Source: Deltaproteobacteria bacterium (GTDB lineage: Bacteria; Bdellovibrionota; UBA1018; UBA923). Taken from it: a stretch of 64,000 bases of DNA. The stretch lies in NCBI GenBank assembly GCA_016186905.1, contig JACPKS010000084.1, positions 2,261-66,260 on the forward strand, written 5' to 3'. Below the pieces are notes generated by a model. That model searched no databases. It was not told the origin of the DNA and saw only the letters and a program-made list of their open reading frames with translations. The number at the start of each line of letters is the position of its first letter. Position 1 is the stretch's first letter. A program made the position numbers and the translations under genes. Positions 27,961 to 39,356 of this stretch are shown here, one piece after another.

Positions 27961-28293
27961 CTATCTTCGCGCCACGAGCTTTTTGATGCTGATCCGGCAA
28001 TACCCGTCGAAGACTTCCGCTTCGTCGAAAATCTCGGAAATGGAGCGAACCTGCGCGACATGATCGTTTGTCCCCAGGAGTAAGCTTTCAAACGACATGC
28101 CCAGCGCCTTCGCCAAGCGCGCGATCGCGCGCAAGTCGTGCGGATTCGCGCCGCTCACCCAATTCTGAACCACGCTGGTGCTCACGTCGGCCATCTCGGC
28201 GACATTGCGAAGAGTGAGATGGCGCTCTTTCATCACGGTCGAGAGAATCTTGCTGAACGGGAGCTTGTTCGTTCCGGCGTTTTTGCTCGGCAT
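27961..28293 (-). CDS. XRE-family helix-turn-helix transcriptional regulator
   Basis: HTH_3 core KERHLTLRNVAEMADVSTSVVQNWVSGANPHDLRAIARLAKALGMSFESLL. Start taken at the ATG giving MPSKNAG...; the ORF-track upstream extension lacks support. Confidence 0.7.
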   Translation of the reverse strand: MPSKNAGTNKLPFSKILSTVMKERHLTLRNVAEMADVSTSVVQNWVSGANPHDLRAIARLAKALGMSFESLLLGTNDHVAQVRSISEIFDEAEVFDGYCRISIKKLVARR

Positions 28294-28345
28294 GCGTCCC
28301 TCTATGTTCGTATCGCATGCGCAGACGAGAAAGAGGTTTGCCGAA

Positions 28346-28357
28346 AACTGTACAGTT
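28346..28357. promoter_or_regulatory. Perfect 12-bp palindrome AACTGTACAGTT about 55 nt upstream of the XRE start (candidate operator)
   Basis: Reverse complement is identical. Located in the XRE 5' region. Confidence 0.4.
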
Positions 28358-28452
28358 ACGTTTTGCAGTATTTGAGGCCGGCTTGGAAAGCGGTTCATCG
28401 AACGCATCGCGCGTGCAGCGATGCAAACGGTGTTCCGAGTCGCGGAGCGCCG

Positions 28453-28872
28453 TCAGTCTTGCCGGATCGTTACGGGATAGAGAACGGGCTTGGCTTGGCC
28501 ATCCTTGGGCTTAGGAAATTCAATTCGCCCAAGCGTTTTAAGAAGGCAGTACTGCAGATCGGGATCGGGGTCTGACATTCCAAGAACTTCAGCCTTTGAA
28601 GCGCGGCCATCGGGAGTTACGGTAAATTTCAGTTTTACGCGTTGCACGGAGCCGGTCTGAACCGAAACGCTGTCGCGTCCGCAGCGCGCGAAGCTCTCGG
28701 AGTGCCGGTTCATCGTGCGTCCGAGCGGGCCTTCGGAAGGCATGCCGGTCGCCGCCGCGTCGGGCGAGGCCCCGATGTTGGCGCAGCCCGGAAAACCGTA
28801 TATGGCAGCCAATATTACCACTGCGCCGGTCAGCAGTGTTCGCGGCTGAGCTTTAAGGAACATTTGAATCAT
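28453..28872 (-). CDS. Secreted/lipoprotein with TonB-C/AgmX-PglI-like C-terminal domain
   Basis: Signal peptide MIQMFLKAQPRTLLTGAVVILAAIYGFPGC. The C-terminal VKLKFTVTPDGRASKAEVLGMSDPDPDLQYCLLKTLGRIEFPKP resembles the TonB_C fold pattern. Confidence 0.5.
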   Translation of the reverse strand: MIQMFLKAQPRTLLTGAVVILAAIYGFPGCANIGASPDAAATGMPSEGPLGRTMNRHSESFARCGRDSVSVQTGSVQRVKLKFTVTPDGRASKAEVLGMSDPDPDLQYCLLKTLGRIEFPKPKDGQAKPVLYPVTIRQD

Positions 28873-28935
28873 TCTGAAAGCGTAGCATATTTTCCGCGTG
28901 GTTCCAGATCCTACGGAAGTCATGTACATGTCTTT

Positions 28936-29007
28936 TCCGCGCCTCGCGCAGAGGTTAAATCACGTGCGCATCTCTATCCGCGCCTCGCGCCCGCGCTAAA
29001 TCGTGAG
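28936..29007. repeat. Two direct copies (period 41 bp) of an about 31-bp element TCCGCGCCTCGCGC-N5-TAAATC(A/G)TG at the 3' end of the Y1 transposase gene (REP-like or IS200-end-like)
   Basis: Copy 1 is 28936-28966 and copy 2 is 28977-29007, with an identical 14-nt core. Copy 1 contains the GCGCA...TGCGC inverted repeat. Confidence 0.55.
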
Positions 29008-29553
29008 ACGGCCGTTTCGGATGAAGAATCGCCTCACCGTCCCATTGGCGGTCAGCAGTTCGATGCCCTCGCCCTCGAAAGCATTCTTCGTGAAGTAATG
29101 GTGCAGACCGAGCAGGTCTTTTCCCCAGTTCACGACGCGGGAGTAGGCGAGGGAGTCCCAGAATTTCCGTTTTACGTCGCTTGCGTGCCCGTGTTCGCCG
29201 GCGGCATTCCTTCCGGCGAGATTCACGCCTTCGGTCCGCGGCGCAACGGCCTTTCCTTTCTTCGCCCCGGTGACGCGCGTGGCGATTTGCGCCGGTACTG
29301 TGCGCATGAACGACTGAAAATCTCCGCGACGGCTTGCCCGCACCAGCAAATGCACGTGATTCCCGACGTTTTCAAAGTGCATGACTCGCACCCTGAATCG
29401 GTGCGCAAATTTATAGACGATGCTGTCGATCGATTTCTTGTGCGCTAGGCTCAGAAGTGACCATGAACCGCGTGCTCGCGAGGAGCGCATGACGATATGG
29501 ACCGGGCGCTTCGTGTCGAGCGGGCGAAACGTCTTGCGGCGTCCGCGTTCCAA
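28996..29553 (-). mobile_element. IS200/IS605-type Y1 HuH transposase (TnpA, or REP-associated tyrosine transposase RAYT), orphan with no tnpB
   Basis: HuH motif GNHVHLLVRAS and catalytic Tyr region KFWDSLAYSRVVNWG, 185 aa. Flanked at its 3' end by the direct repeats above. Confidence 0.75.
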
Positions 29554-29784
29554 TCCGCCAAAACACTAACAGGGCAATAGAATTTTACGCGCTAGCGGCC
29601 AATTCTCGATTGAAGTGCGACAGGAGAAAGGATCAGCCGGCGGTAAAATCAGGGAGTGCCGCTAAGGGAGGAAGCTATAGCGTCATTGAAGACGGCTTAA
29701 TGGGCGAGGGAACGGCCCCAGAGTGCTCTAAAGGGAGATCTGCACGGGCGCGGCGAAGTTCAAGGCCGAATCGCCCCGCGAAGG

Positions 29785-32199
<2,415 letters not shown>

Positions 32200-32229
32200 A
32201 TCTTTAAGTTGGGGACGAATCCCGCGCGG

Positions 32230-33285
32230 TCAAGCGAGAAATCCCAGCGCCTCTTTGACGTGTTCCATGGTTTTGGCCGCTCGCACGCGTGCCGCGTCCG
32301 CCCCCTTTTTGAGGATGCGATCGAGCTCGCCGCGATCCGCCAGAAGCCCCTTGAACTTTTCGCGCAGCGGGCGGATGCATTCCACGACGATTTCAGCCGT
32401 CTCAGCTTTGAGGTGCCCGTACTGCTTTCCCGCGTAGCTTGCCACGATCTCGTCGGGAGCTTTTCCGGTAATCGCCGATTGAATCGAGATGAGATTTTTC
32501 ACGCCGGGTTTTTCGCCGGTGTAGGCGATCTCAGTGCCCGAATCGGTCACGGCTTTTTTGATTTTTCTTGAAATCTCGTCGTCGGAATCGCCGAGAAATA
32601 CGGTCGCGTTGGGAATCGGATCCGACTTCGACATCTTGGCCGTCGGCTCCTGCAGGCTCATGATCCGGGCGCCCACCGCCGGAATGAACGGCTCAGGAAC
32701 GACGAAGAGGGGAAGTGCCTCTTTGACCTCTTTGTTTTGCGTGACTTGACTGGGCCCCGGAAATTTTTCCGCATACATCCCATTCATCCGGATCGCGATG
32801 TCGCGCGCGAGCTCGATGTGCTGTTTCTGGTCGTGTCCGACCGGAACGAGATTGGCCTGATAAAGCAGGATGTCGGCGGCCATGAGCACCGGATAGAAAA
32901 ACAATCCCGCGCCCACGCTTTTTTTCTTGGCACTCTTGTCTTTGAACTGGGTCATGCGCTCGAGCTCGCCCAGCCAGGTGTGGCAGCCCAAAATCCAGGC
33001 CAGTTCGGCGTGTTCCGGAACCTGTGACTGCACGAAGATGAGGCTCTTGCGCGGATCGATTCCGGACGCAAGATAGATCGCAAGCGTCTCGCGCGTGCGT
33101 GCGCGCAGTTCCGCCGGGTCTTGCGGCACCGTGATCGCGTGAAGATCGACGATGCAGTAGATGCACTCGTGCGTCTGCTGGAGTCCCGCCCAGCTGCGGA
33201 GCGCGCCGAGGTAATTTCCCAGCATGAGGTTTCCCGAGGGTTGAATCCCCGAGAGCACGATCGGTTTTTTCGCGGAAGCGCCCAT
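32230..33285 (-). CDS. trpS: Tryptophan--tRNA ligase
   Basis: SGIQPSGNLMLGNYLGAL N-terminus (HIGH-region equivalent) and KMSKS (AKMSKSD). 351 aa. Confidence 0.88.
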   Translation of the reverse strand: MGASAKKPIVLSGIQPSGNLMLGNYLGALRSWAGLQQTHECIYCIVDLHAITVPQDPAELRARTRETLAIYLASGIDPRKSLIFVQSQVPEHAELAWILGCHTWLGELERMTQFKDKSAKKKSVGAGLFFYPVLMAADILLYQANLVPVGHDQKQHIELARDIAIRMNGMYAEKFPGPSQVTQNKEVKEALPLFVVPEPFIPAVGARIMSLQEPTAKMSKSDPIPNATVFLGDSDDEISRKIKKAVTDSGTEIAYTGEKPGVKNLISIQSAITGKAPDEIVASYAGKQYGHLKAETAEIVVECIRPLREKFKGLLADRGELDRILKKGADAARVRAAKTMEHVKEALGFLA

Positions 33286-33294
33286 CGAAAGAGG

Positions 33295-33612
33295 TTATTT
33301 TTTCTGGACGAGCTCCTGCAGCTCGCCGCGCTCGTACATCTCGCACACGATGTCGCAGCCGCCGACGAATTTTCCGTTCACGAAAATCTGCGGCACCGTC
33401 GGCCAGTTCGTGAGCTCCTCGAGCGCGCCCCACATGGGATCGTCCGAGAGCACGTCAAACGCGCCAAGGTCGGCGGCGCCGGCCATCTTGAGCACCTGTA
33501 CGGCGCGGGCCGAGAACCCGCACTGCGGAAAGTCGGGCGTGCCCTTCATGAAAATGAAAACCGGCTTCGACTTCGAGAGCTCTTCGACTTTGGAAACGAG
33601 GGAATTGGCCAT
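33295..33612 (-). CDS. grxD: Monothiol glutaredoxin (Grx4/GrxD family, CGFS active site)
   Basis: PQCGFS active site. 105 aa. Confidence 0.9.
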   Translation of the reverse strand: MANSLVSKVEELSKSKPVFIFMKGTPDFPQCGFSARAVQVLKMAGAADLGAFDVLSDDPMWGALEELTNWPTVPQIFVNGKFVGGCDIVCEMYERGELQELVQKK

Positions 33613-33625
33613 GTTCAGCTCCTCC

Positions 33626-33880
33626 TTATGCTTTTTGCGTTTTTTCGTACTGCGCGGGCGTAAACGTTTTCAGCGTTAACGCGTGGACTTGATCGGACTT
33701 GATCTCCTTGTCGAGAAGCGCGTAAACCATGCGGTGCCGCTCAACCATGAGCATTCCTTCGAACGCCGGCGAGACGACGATCGCCTGCCAGTGGTCTTGG
33801 GTGCCGGTGAGATCGATAAGCTCGGCCGTCGTGCCTGGGGCAAGCTCCTCGATGCGGCCTTTAAGCTGTGTTGCGGTCAT
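33626..33880 (-). CDS. bolA: BolA-family protein
   Basis: 84-aa BolA fold; conserved His (DHW) and class pattern. Immediately upstream of the monothiol Grx gene (BolA-Grx pair). Confidence 0.75.
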   Translation of the reverse strand: MTATQLKGRIEELAPGTTAELIDLTGTQDHWQAIVVSPAFEGMLMVERHRMVYALLDKEIKSDQVHALTLKTFTPAQYEKTQKA

Positions 33881-33977
33881 GGCGCCCTCTTAAGTTGGAA
33901 ACTGAGCGTGAGTCTGTTAATCGTTATCGTTATCGTTCATAACACAGCCACAATGGGAATCGAAGCGCGGAATCAGG

Positions 33978-34316
33978 GTGAGTGCAATGGAAGAAAAAGA
34001 ATATCGTGAACTTGTTTCTCGCGAATTTAAGAAAATCGAAAAGGCCTTCGATGACGTCGATCCTGACCGGGCCGAATTCGACCTCGCGCAAGGGGCGGCA
34101 ACGATCGTGTTCCCGGACGGGATGAAGCTGATTCTCAGCCAGCAGCCCTCCGTGCGGCAGATCTGGGTCGCCGCCGCGACAAAGGGTGTCGCGCACCATT
34201 TCGGGTACGATGCGACCGCGGAAAAGTGGATGGACGACAAGGGGAAGGGGATCGAGCTTCTCGCGTTCGTGGGCGAGATGGTGCGGGACGCAGCGGGAAT
34301 CGCGCTGACGTTCTGA
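33978..34316 (+). CDS. cyaY: Frataxin homolog CyaY (Fe-S assembly iron-binding protein)
   Basis: Acidic helix-1 EEKEYRELVSREFKKIEKAFDD, and LILSQQPSVRQIWVAAATKGVAHHF compared with E. coli [22 protein letters not shown]. Confidence 0.8.
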   Translation: MSAMEEKEYRELVSREFKKIEKAFDDVDPDRAEFDLAQGAATIVFPDGMKLILSQQPSVRQIWVAAATKGVAHHFGYDATAEKWMDDKGKGIELLAFVGEMVRDAAGIALTF

Positions 34317-34325
34317 GCCGCGCTC

Positions 34326-34925
34326 TCAAGCCGGCCGAGAGCGACGGGCTTCAAGCATCGCTTTAAATCTCGCGCGCAACTCTTCGGCGGCAGTGGGGTT
34401 TTCCTCGATATGCTCCAAGACCTCGGCCACCGATTCGAGGGACGAAAGACATTGCCTGCGCGGCTCGCGTCTTAATTTTCCGTATTGTGAGGGCTGAGCC
34501 GGTTTTAGGAGAAGGCGATTGAGTTTCAACATCCATGCGTTTCGCCACCAAAGCGCTTTGGCTTGCGACCAGTTTCCGTCCAGTACGATGATGCCCTCGA
34601 GACGAGCCTCTTTAGCCGAGAGAAGCTCGCCGTTTCGGGTTGATATTAGAACGGTTCCTTGCGGTGCTTTCTTGATTTCTTCGAGTGCCGGGCCTTTGAG
34701 AGATCCGAGAAAGAGCACGGCCCAGCGTTTCGGATCCGCAATGTGACCAACTGCTTTAGCGAGGTTGGGCCACGAAAGACCGGTGCGCACGGTGATGTGT
34801 GCTATCGACTCCTCAAGAACGGGAACGCTCGCGAGCTCCACGCCTTTTTCGCGCGGATGCCGCAGAACGAGAACCTGCAGGCGGTTTTGAATCCGGTTAC
34901 TCGGATTTGGTCGTGAGGAGGTCAA
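34326..34925 (-). CDS. DTW-domain protein (tRNA-uridine aminocarboxypropyltransferase family)
   Basis: LVLRHPREK ... IVLDGNWSQAK motif (DTW-like DGNW). Confidence 0.6.
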   Translation of the reverse strand: MTSSRPNPSNRIQNRLQVLVLRHPREKGVELASVPVLEESIAHITVRTGLSWPNLAKAVGHIADPKRWAVLFLGSLKGPALEEIKKAPQGTVLISTRNGELLSAKEARLEGIIVLDGNWSQAKALWWRNAWMLKLNRLLLKPAQPSQYGKLRREPRRQCLSSLESVAEVLEHIEENPTAAEELRARFKAMLEARRSRPA

Positions 34926-35089
34926 ACGTCTTCTTTTTTTATTTTAGTTTCAAAAGAAATGCACCTAGCGCTTTTCGTTGTTCCGCCGTTAGTTGCGGCT
35001 TCCCCCATAAAAACCGTTCTGAGGTTTACTTAAACAAGCTAAATGTGTTACGTTCAAGAGCTATAGCTAAGGATGACAAGGAGAACGTA

Positions 35090-35488
35090 ATGCTAGGACA
35101 CCAATCCCACATCAGAAAAATATTGTTCACCGGAGCTTTTCTGGGCTTCTGGACCGCTGGCAGCGCGTTTGCCGATGCGGGGCCGGGGACGACGCCTGAG
35201 CGTGTTGCCCAAGGCCAGGCGCTTTATCAGGCGAAATGCGCCTTTTGCCACGGGGATAAAGCCGACGGGAAAGGCCCCGCCGGCAAAGCCATGAAGCCTG
35301 CTCCCAGGAATTTGCTGACAGGAAAGTTCGAAAAAGGCGACCAGCCTCAAAATATTTTTCAGACGATTACGAAGGGACTCCCGAAAACCTCGATGCCGGG
35401 GTACCCCAACCTGTCTCCGGACGAGAGTTGGAATCTCACTTATTACGTCTCGTCACTGAGAAGCAAAAAAGCGAAAAATAAGAAATAA
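35090..35488 (+). CDS. Class I c-type cytochrome (monoheme, CAFCHG), secreted
   Basis: Signal peptide, single CxxCH, Met ligand region (TSMPGY). Good RBS AAGGAGAA 6 nt upstream of ATG 35090. Confidence 0.75.
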   Translation: MLGHQSHIRKILFTGAFLGFWTAGSAFADAGPGTTPERVAQGQALYQAKCAFCHGDKADGKGPAGKAMKPAPRNLLTGKFEKGDQPQNIFQTITKGLPKTSMPGYPNLSPDESWNLTYYVSSLRSKKAKNKK

Positions 35489-35512
35489 AGAAAACCAGGA
35501 AGAAGATCTTCA

Positions 35513-36262
35513 TTGAAAGCGAATCCCGATTTTCTTCAAAACGCGTTCAGCTATCTGCCGCTTTCCAGTAACGGGCTTTTCAGCTTAGCGTGCCTCCTTA
35601 TCGCTTTCGCGCTGCTTGATTTGTTTTTCACGAGAGCGATAAGGTTCAAGGCCGTTCATGGATTGGTGCTGCTGGCCGGTTCGGCGCTTGTCGTTAAAAT
35701 CGCCGTCGGAGAAGCCGTGTTGTTGGGCAGAAGCCAGGGGTACGAACCTGACCAGCCGATCAAATTTTCGCATCGAATCCATGCGGGCGAAAATAAGATC
35801 AACTGCGTTTATTGCCATACCGGAGTCAATGACAGCAGGTATGCCGGAATACCGCCCGCGAGTTTATGCTTGAATTGTCACAACGTCATCCGCAGCGGCA
35901 CGAATACCGGCAAGACAGAAATAGACAAGATCCACCAATCTGTCGACTCGGGGACGGCGATCCGATGGGTTAAAGTGCACACGCTGCCGGACTTCGTGTA
36001 TTTCAGCCATGCGCAACACGTGAACGTGGGCAAGATTCAATGCAAGAAATGTCACGGTGACGTCGAGAACATGGGCCGCATTCAGCAGGTTTCTGATTTA
36101 AGCATGGGTTGGTGCATTCAATGCCACAGGGAAACCAACGTAAATTTCGACAATAAATATTATGCTAGTTACAAACAGCACAAAGCTTTGGAGTCCGGCA
36201 AAATTTCAAAAGTAACTGCACAGGATATTGGAGGCAATAACTGCTCCAAATGCCACTACTAG
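35513..36262 (+). CDS. actA: Alternative complex III subunit ActA (pentaheme cytochrome c, membrane-anchored)
   Basis: Five CxxCH motifs (CVYCH, CLNCH, CKKCH, CIQCH, CSKCH) after an N-terminal TM anchor. Confidence 0.85.
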   Translation: MKANPDFLQNAFSYLPLSSNGLFSLACLLIAFALLDLFFTRAIRFKAVHGLVLLAGSALVVKIAVGEAVLLGRSQGYEPDQPIKFSHRIHAGENKINCVYCHTGVNDSRYAGIPPASLCLNCHNVIRSGTNTGKTEIDKIHQSVDSGTAIRWVKVHTLPDFVYFSHAQHVNVGKIQCKKCHGDVENMGRIQQVSDLSMGWCIQCHRETNVNFDNKYYASYKQHKALESGKISKVTAQDIGGNNCSKCHY

Positions 36263-36291
36263 TGAATTACTGATCAGGAATTATTATTTTT

Positions 36292-39200
36292 ATGAGTACA
36301 AACGAGTACAAAAAACACTGGGGCAGTATTGAAGAATTCGAAGTCGTTGCAGGTGTAAACACTCAAACTGAAATCAATGCATCGGATAACTCCAGGAAAA
36401 TAACAAAAGAGAACGAATCAATCAGCAGGCGTGATTTTCTGAAGGCAAGCGGGTTTAGTCTGGTTGCCGCAAGCCTGACCTTATCCGGATGTAAAAACGC
36501 GATCAATAAAGCGATTCCGTATCTGATCAAACCTGAATCGATCACTCCCGGTGTCTCCACCTTTTATGCGTCAACTTTTTTTGACGGCCATGATTACTGC
36601 AGCATTCTTGTCAAAACCACTGAAGGCCGTCCGATAAAGATCGAAGGCAACACGCTTTCAAGGGTCTCGACCGGCGGGACAAATGCGAAGGTTCAGGCAT
36701 CCGTTCTCAGCCTTTATGATGATTTCCGGATCAAGTCACCTCTTAAAGCGAAACAAAAAACAACTTGGGATACCGTTGACGCCGAGATTATTTCGAAGCT
36801 CGAAGAGCTGACGAAGAAAGGGAATAAAATCGTTATTCTCACGTCTTCAATCATCAGTCCGTCGACTAAAAACGTATTTAAGGATTTCCTTAAGAAATAT
36901 CCCACCACCGAAGTCATCTCTTATGACGCTATTTCCTCATCAGGGATGATCGAAGCAAATAAAATGACTTTTGGTAAAGAGGTTCTGCCGACCTATAAGT
37001 TCAATCGTGCGGATCTCATCGTCAGTTTCGGGGCGGATTTCCTGGGCACTTGGATTGCGCCGATTGAATTTACAAAGCAGTATGCAAGCAGAAGAACGCC
37101 CAGGTCAAAAACAGGCAAGGCAAATGCCGGCATTTCCAAGCATGTTCAATTTGAATCCACTTTATCCCTGACCGGCTCTAACGCCGATTACAGGATCCCC
37201 ATCAATCCATCCGAGGAAGGGCCGGTCCTTTTAGAAATCTACAATAAGCTTGCGACTCGCGCAGGAAAGAAGCCGGTTGCGGTATCCGATTCGAAGGTCG
37301 CCAATTCACAAATCGACGCTGGAACTCTTCCGGACGAACTCTGGGCGAAAAAAGGAAGGGCTTTAGTCGTTTCCGGCTCGAACGATGTTCACATTCAGAT
37401 ATTGGTGAATAAGATCAACAGCCTCATTGGGAGCTATGGGGCAACCATTGACCTTGGAAATCCCACTTATTACAGGCAAGGCATTGACGGCAAGATGGCT
37501 GAGTTGATTGAGCGCCTGGAAAAAGGAGAGGTAAAAGGGATGATTCTGTACCATGTTAATCCTGCTTACGATTATCCTCAGGCGGATCGATTCATCAACG
37601 CTTTAGCCAAGACGACTTTATCAGTATCATTCTCCGAGACCATGGATGAAACCGCGAGTCTGGTGAACTACATTTGTCCTGACAACCATTTCCTGGAATC
37701 ATGGAACGATGCCGAGCCAAGAAAAGGGAGTTTTAGTTTAGGCCAGCCCACCATCGGTAAATTGTTTGATACCCGGCAAGCTCAGGAAAGCTTGCTTAAA
37801 TGGACGGGCTTGACCGGCAGTCAGGGCGGAGAGGCGACTGAAGGAGAGAGTGCTTACTATCTCTATATTAAAAAATATTGGGAAAAGGCTTTATATCCCT
37901 TACAGTCAGGTCATCATTCTTTCGCATCGTTTTGGACCGCCGCTCTTCAGAACGGAGTCTACGAGCCGCCGGCGGCCCATTCTAAATCGCCACATACATT
38001 CTTACTGTCTGATCATGAGTTCAGCAAAACCGTTTCATCCGTATTATCGGAGAAAACCGAGGGATTTGAGTATTCGCTATATGAAAGTATTGGAATCGGC
38101 ACAGGCAGGCATGCGAACAATCCCTGGTTGCAGGAATTGCCCGATCCGGTCTCAAAGGTTTGCTGGGATAATTATCTGGCTGTTTCTTACGGTACCGCTA
38201 AAAAATTAAACCTCAAACTCGGGGATAATGTAAAAATTAATGATTTGTTCGAGCTCCCGGTTTTAATCCAGCCCGGCCAGTCGGATCATACGGTTTCAAT
38301 CGCGTTAGGTTACGGAAGAACCCACGCGGGAAAAGTCGCTGATCATGTCGGAAAAAACGCTTACAAATTAGTTAGCCTGCAAAAACGCAAAAACGGCATA
38401 CAACGGATATATAGCGGTGGCGGGATTACCTTTAAACCCACGGGTCGGAATTATATTTTTGCCCTTACGCAGACCCATCACACGATGGAAGGGCGAAACC
38501 ACGTAAGGCGCGGACGTCTTTCCGAATATGCCAAAAATCCGTATACAGGAAACGAACAACGCATCGAGGATCTGAAGCATAAAGTCTCGTTGTACAAAGC
38601 AAGAGTTTTCGAAGGGCACCACTGGGGTTTAGCCGTGGATCTGAGCCGCTGTACGGGTTGCAGCGCCTGCGTGATCGCCTGCACGGCGGAAAATAATGTT
38701 CCGGTCGTGGGTCGCGATGAGGTCCGGCAAAAGCGCATCATGCATTGGCTCAGGGTCGACAGGTACTATTCCGAGCAGCCGGTAAGACCGGAGGTCTATT
38801 TTCAGCCGGTCATGTGCATGCAATGCAATCATGCTCCCTGTGAAAACGTATGCCCGGTCGGGGCGACCCAAAATAGCAAGGAAGGGTTGAATGAGATGGC
38901 GTACAATCGATGCGTCGGAACCCGTTATTGCATGAACAATTGCCCATACCATGTCAGGAGATTCAACTGGCTCGCATACAGCAATAACAATAAATTTGAT
39001 TACAATACGAACAGCGAGCTGGGCAAAATGGTGCTTAACCCTGATGTGGTGGTCAGGTCCAGGGGTGTTGTTGAAAAATGCACGTTCTGCGTTCAGCGTA
39101 TTCAAGAATCCAAACTTGTGGCCAAAACAGAAAACAGGGAACTCCTTGACGGCGAAATCAAGACAGCGTGCGTGCAAGCCTGTCCGGCCGGCGCAATGGT

Positions 39201-39348
39201 GTTTGGTGACCTGAACAAAAAAGACAGTGCAGTGTCCAAAGCTTTTTTAGACGAGAGAAATTATTTCTTACTCGAAGAATTACACACCGTACCTGCAGTC
39301 GGGTATTTGACAAAAATTAAGAATGACGAGCCTCTCGCAAAATCCTGA
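36292..39348 (+). CDS. actB: Alternative complex III subunit ActB (molybdopterin-oxidoreductase-like domain fused to 4Fe-4S ferredoxin domain, Tat signal)
   Basis: Tat motif SRRDFLKASG. 1018 aa. C-terminal Cys clusters CTGCSACVIAC...CMQCNHAPCENVCP...CPYHVRRFN. Confidence 0.85.
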   Translation: MSTNEYKKHWGSIEEFEVVAGVNTQTEINASDNSRKITKENESISRRDFLKASGFSLVAASLTLSGCKNAINKAIPYLIKPESITPGVSTFYASTFFDGHDYCSILVKTTEGRPIKIEGNTLSRVSTGGTNAKVQASVLSLYDDFRIKSPLKAKQKTTWDTVDAEIISKLEELTKKGNKIVILTSSIISPSTKNVFKDFLKKYPTTEVISYDAISSSGMIEANKMTFGKEVLPTYKFNRADLIVSFGADFLGTWIAPIEFTKQYASRRTPRSKTGKANAGISKHVQFESTLSLTGSNADYRIPINPSEEGPVLLEIYNKLATRAGKKPVAVSDSKVANSQIDAGTLPDELWAKKGRALVVSGSNDVHIQILVNKINSLIGSYGATIDLGNPTYYRQGIDGKMAELIERLEKGEVKGMILYHVNPAYDYPQADRFINALAKTTLSVSFSETMDETASLVNYICPDNHFLESWNDAEPRKGSFSLGQPTIGKLFDTRQAQESLLKWTGLTGSQGGEATEGESAYYLYIKKYWEKALYPLQSGHHSFASFWTAALQNGVYEPPAAHSKSPHTFLLSDHEFSKTVSSVLSEKTEGFEYSLYESIGIGTGRHANNPWLQELPDPVSKVCWDNYLAVSYGTAKKLNLKLGDNVKINDLFELPVLIQPGQSDHTVSIALGYGRTHAGKVADHVGKNAYKLVSLQKRKNGIQRIYSGGGITFKPTGRNYIFALTQTHHTMEGRNHVRRGRLSEYAKNPYTGNEQRIEDLKHKVSLYKARVFEGHHWGLAVDLSRCTGCSACVIACTAENNVPVVGRDEVRQKRIMHWLRVDRYYSEQPVRPEVYFQPVMCMQCNHAPCENVCPVGATQNSKEGLNEMAYNRCVGTRYCMNNCPYHVRRFNWLAYSNNNKFDYNTNSELGKMVLNPDVVVRSRGVVEKCTFCVQRIQESKLVAKTENRELLDGEIKTACVQACPAGAMVFGDLNKKDSAVSKAFLDERNYFLLEELHTVPAVGYLTKIKNDEPLAKS

Positions 39349-39356
39349 CATCAAAT

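Noticed and set aside
27883-28083. 66-aa plus-strand ORF and 121-aa minus ORF (27726-28091) in the brnA/XRE intergenic area as possible third TA component
   Set aside because: Both overlap better-supported genes (the XRE C-terminus and brnA) in other frames and have no motif support.
28346-28357. Possibility that AACTGTACAGTT is a LexA/SOS box and the XRE protein a LexA homolog
   Set aside because: LexA boxes of the CTGT-N8-ACAG type need an 8-nt spacer; here the half-sites abut. The XRE protein is only about 110 aa with no S24 peptidase domain.
28642-29448. 268-aa plus-strand ORF spanning the Y1 transposase region
   Set aside because: Antisense to the transposase, which carries the diagnostic HuH and catalytic-Tyr motifs.
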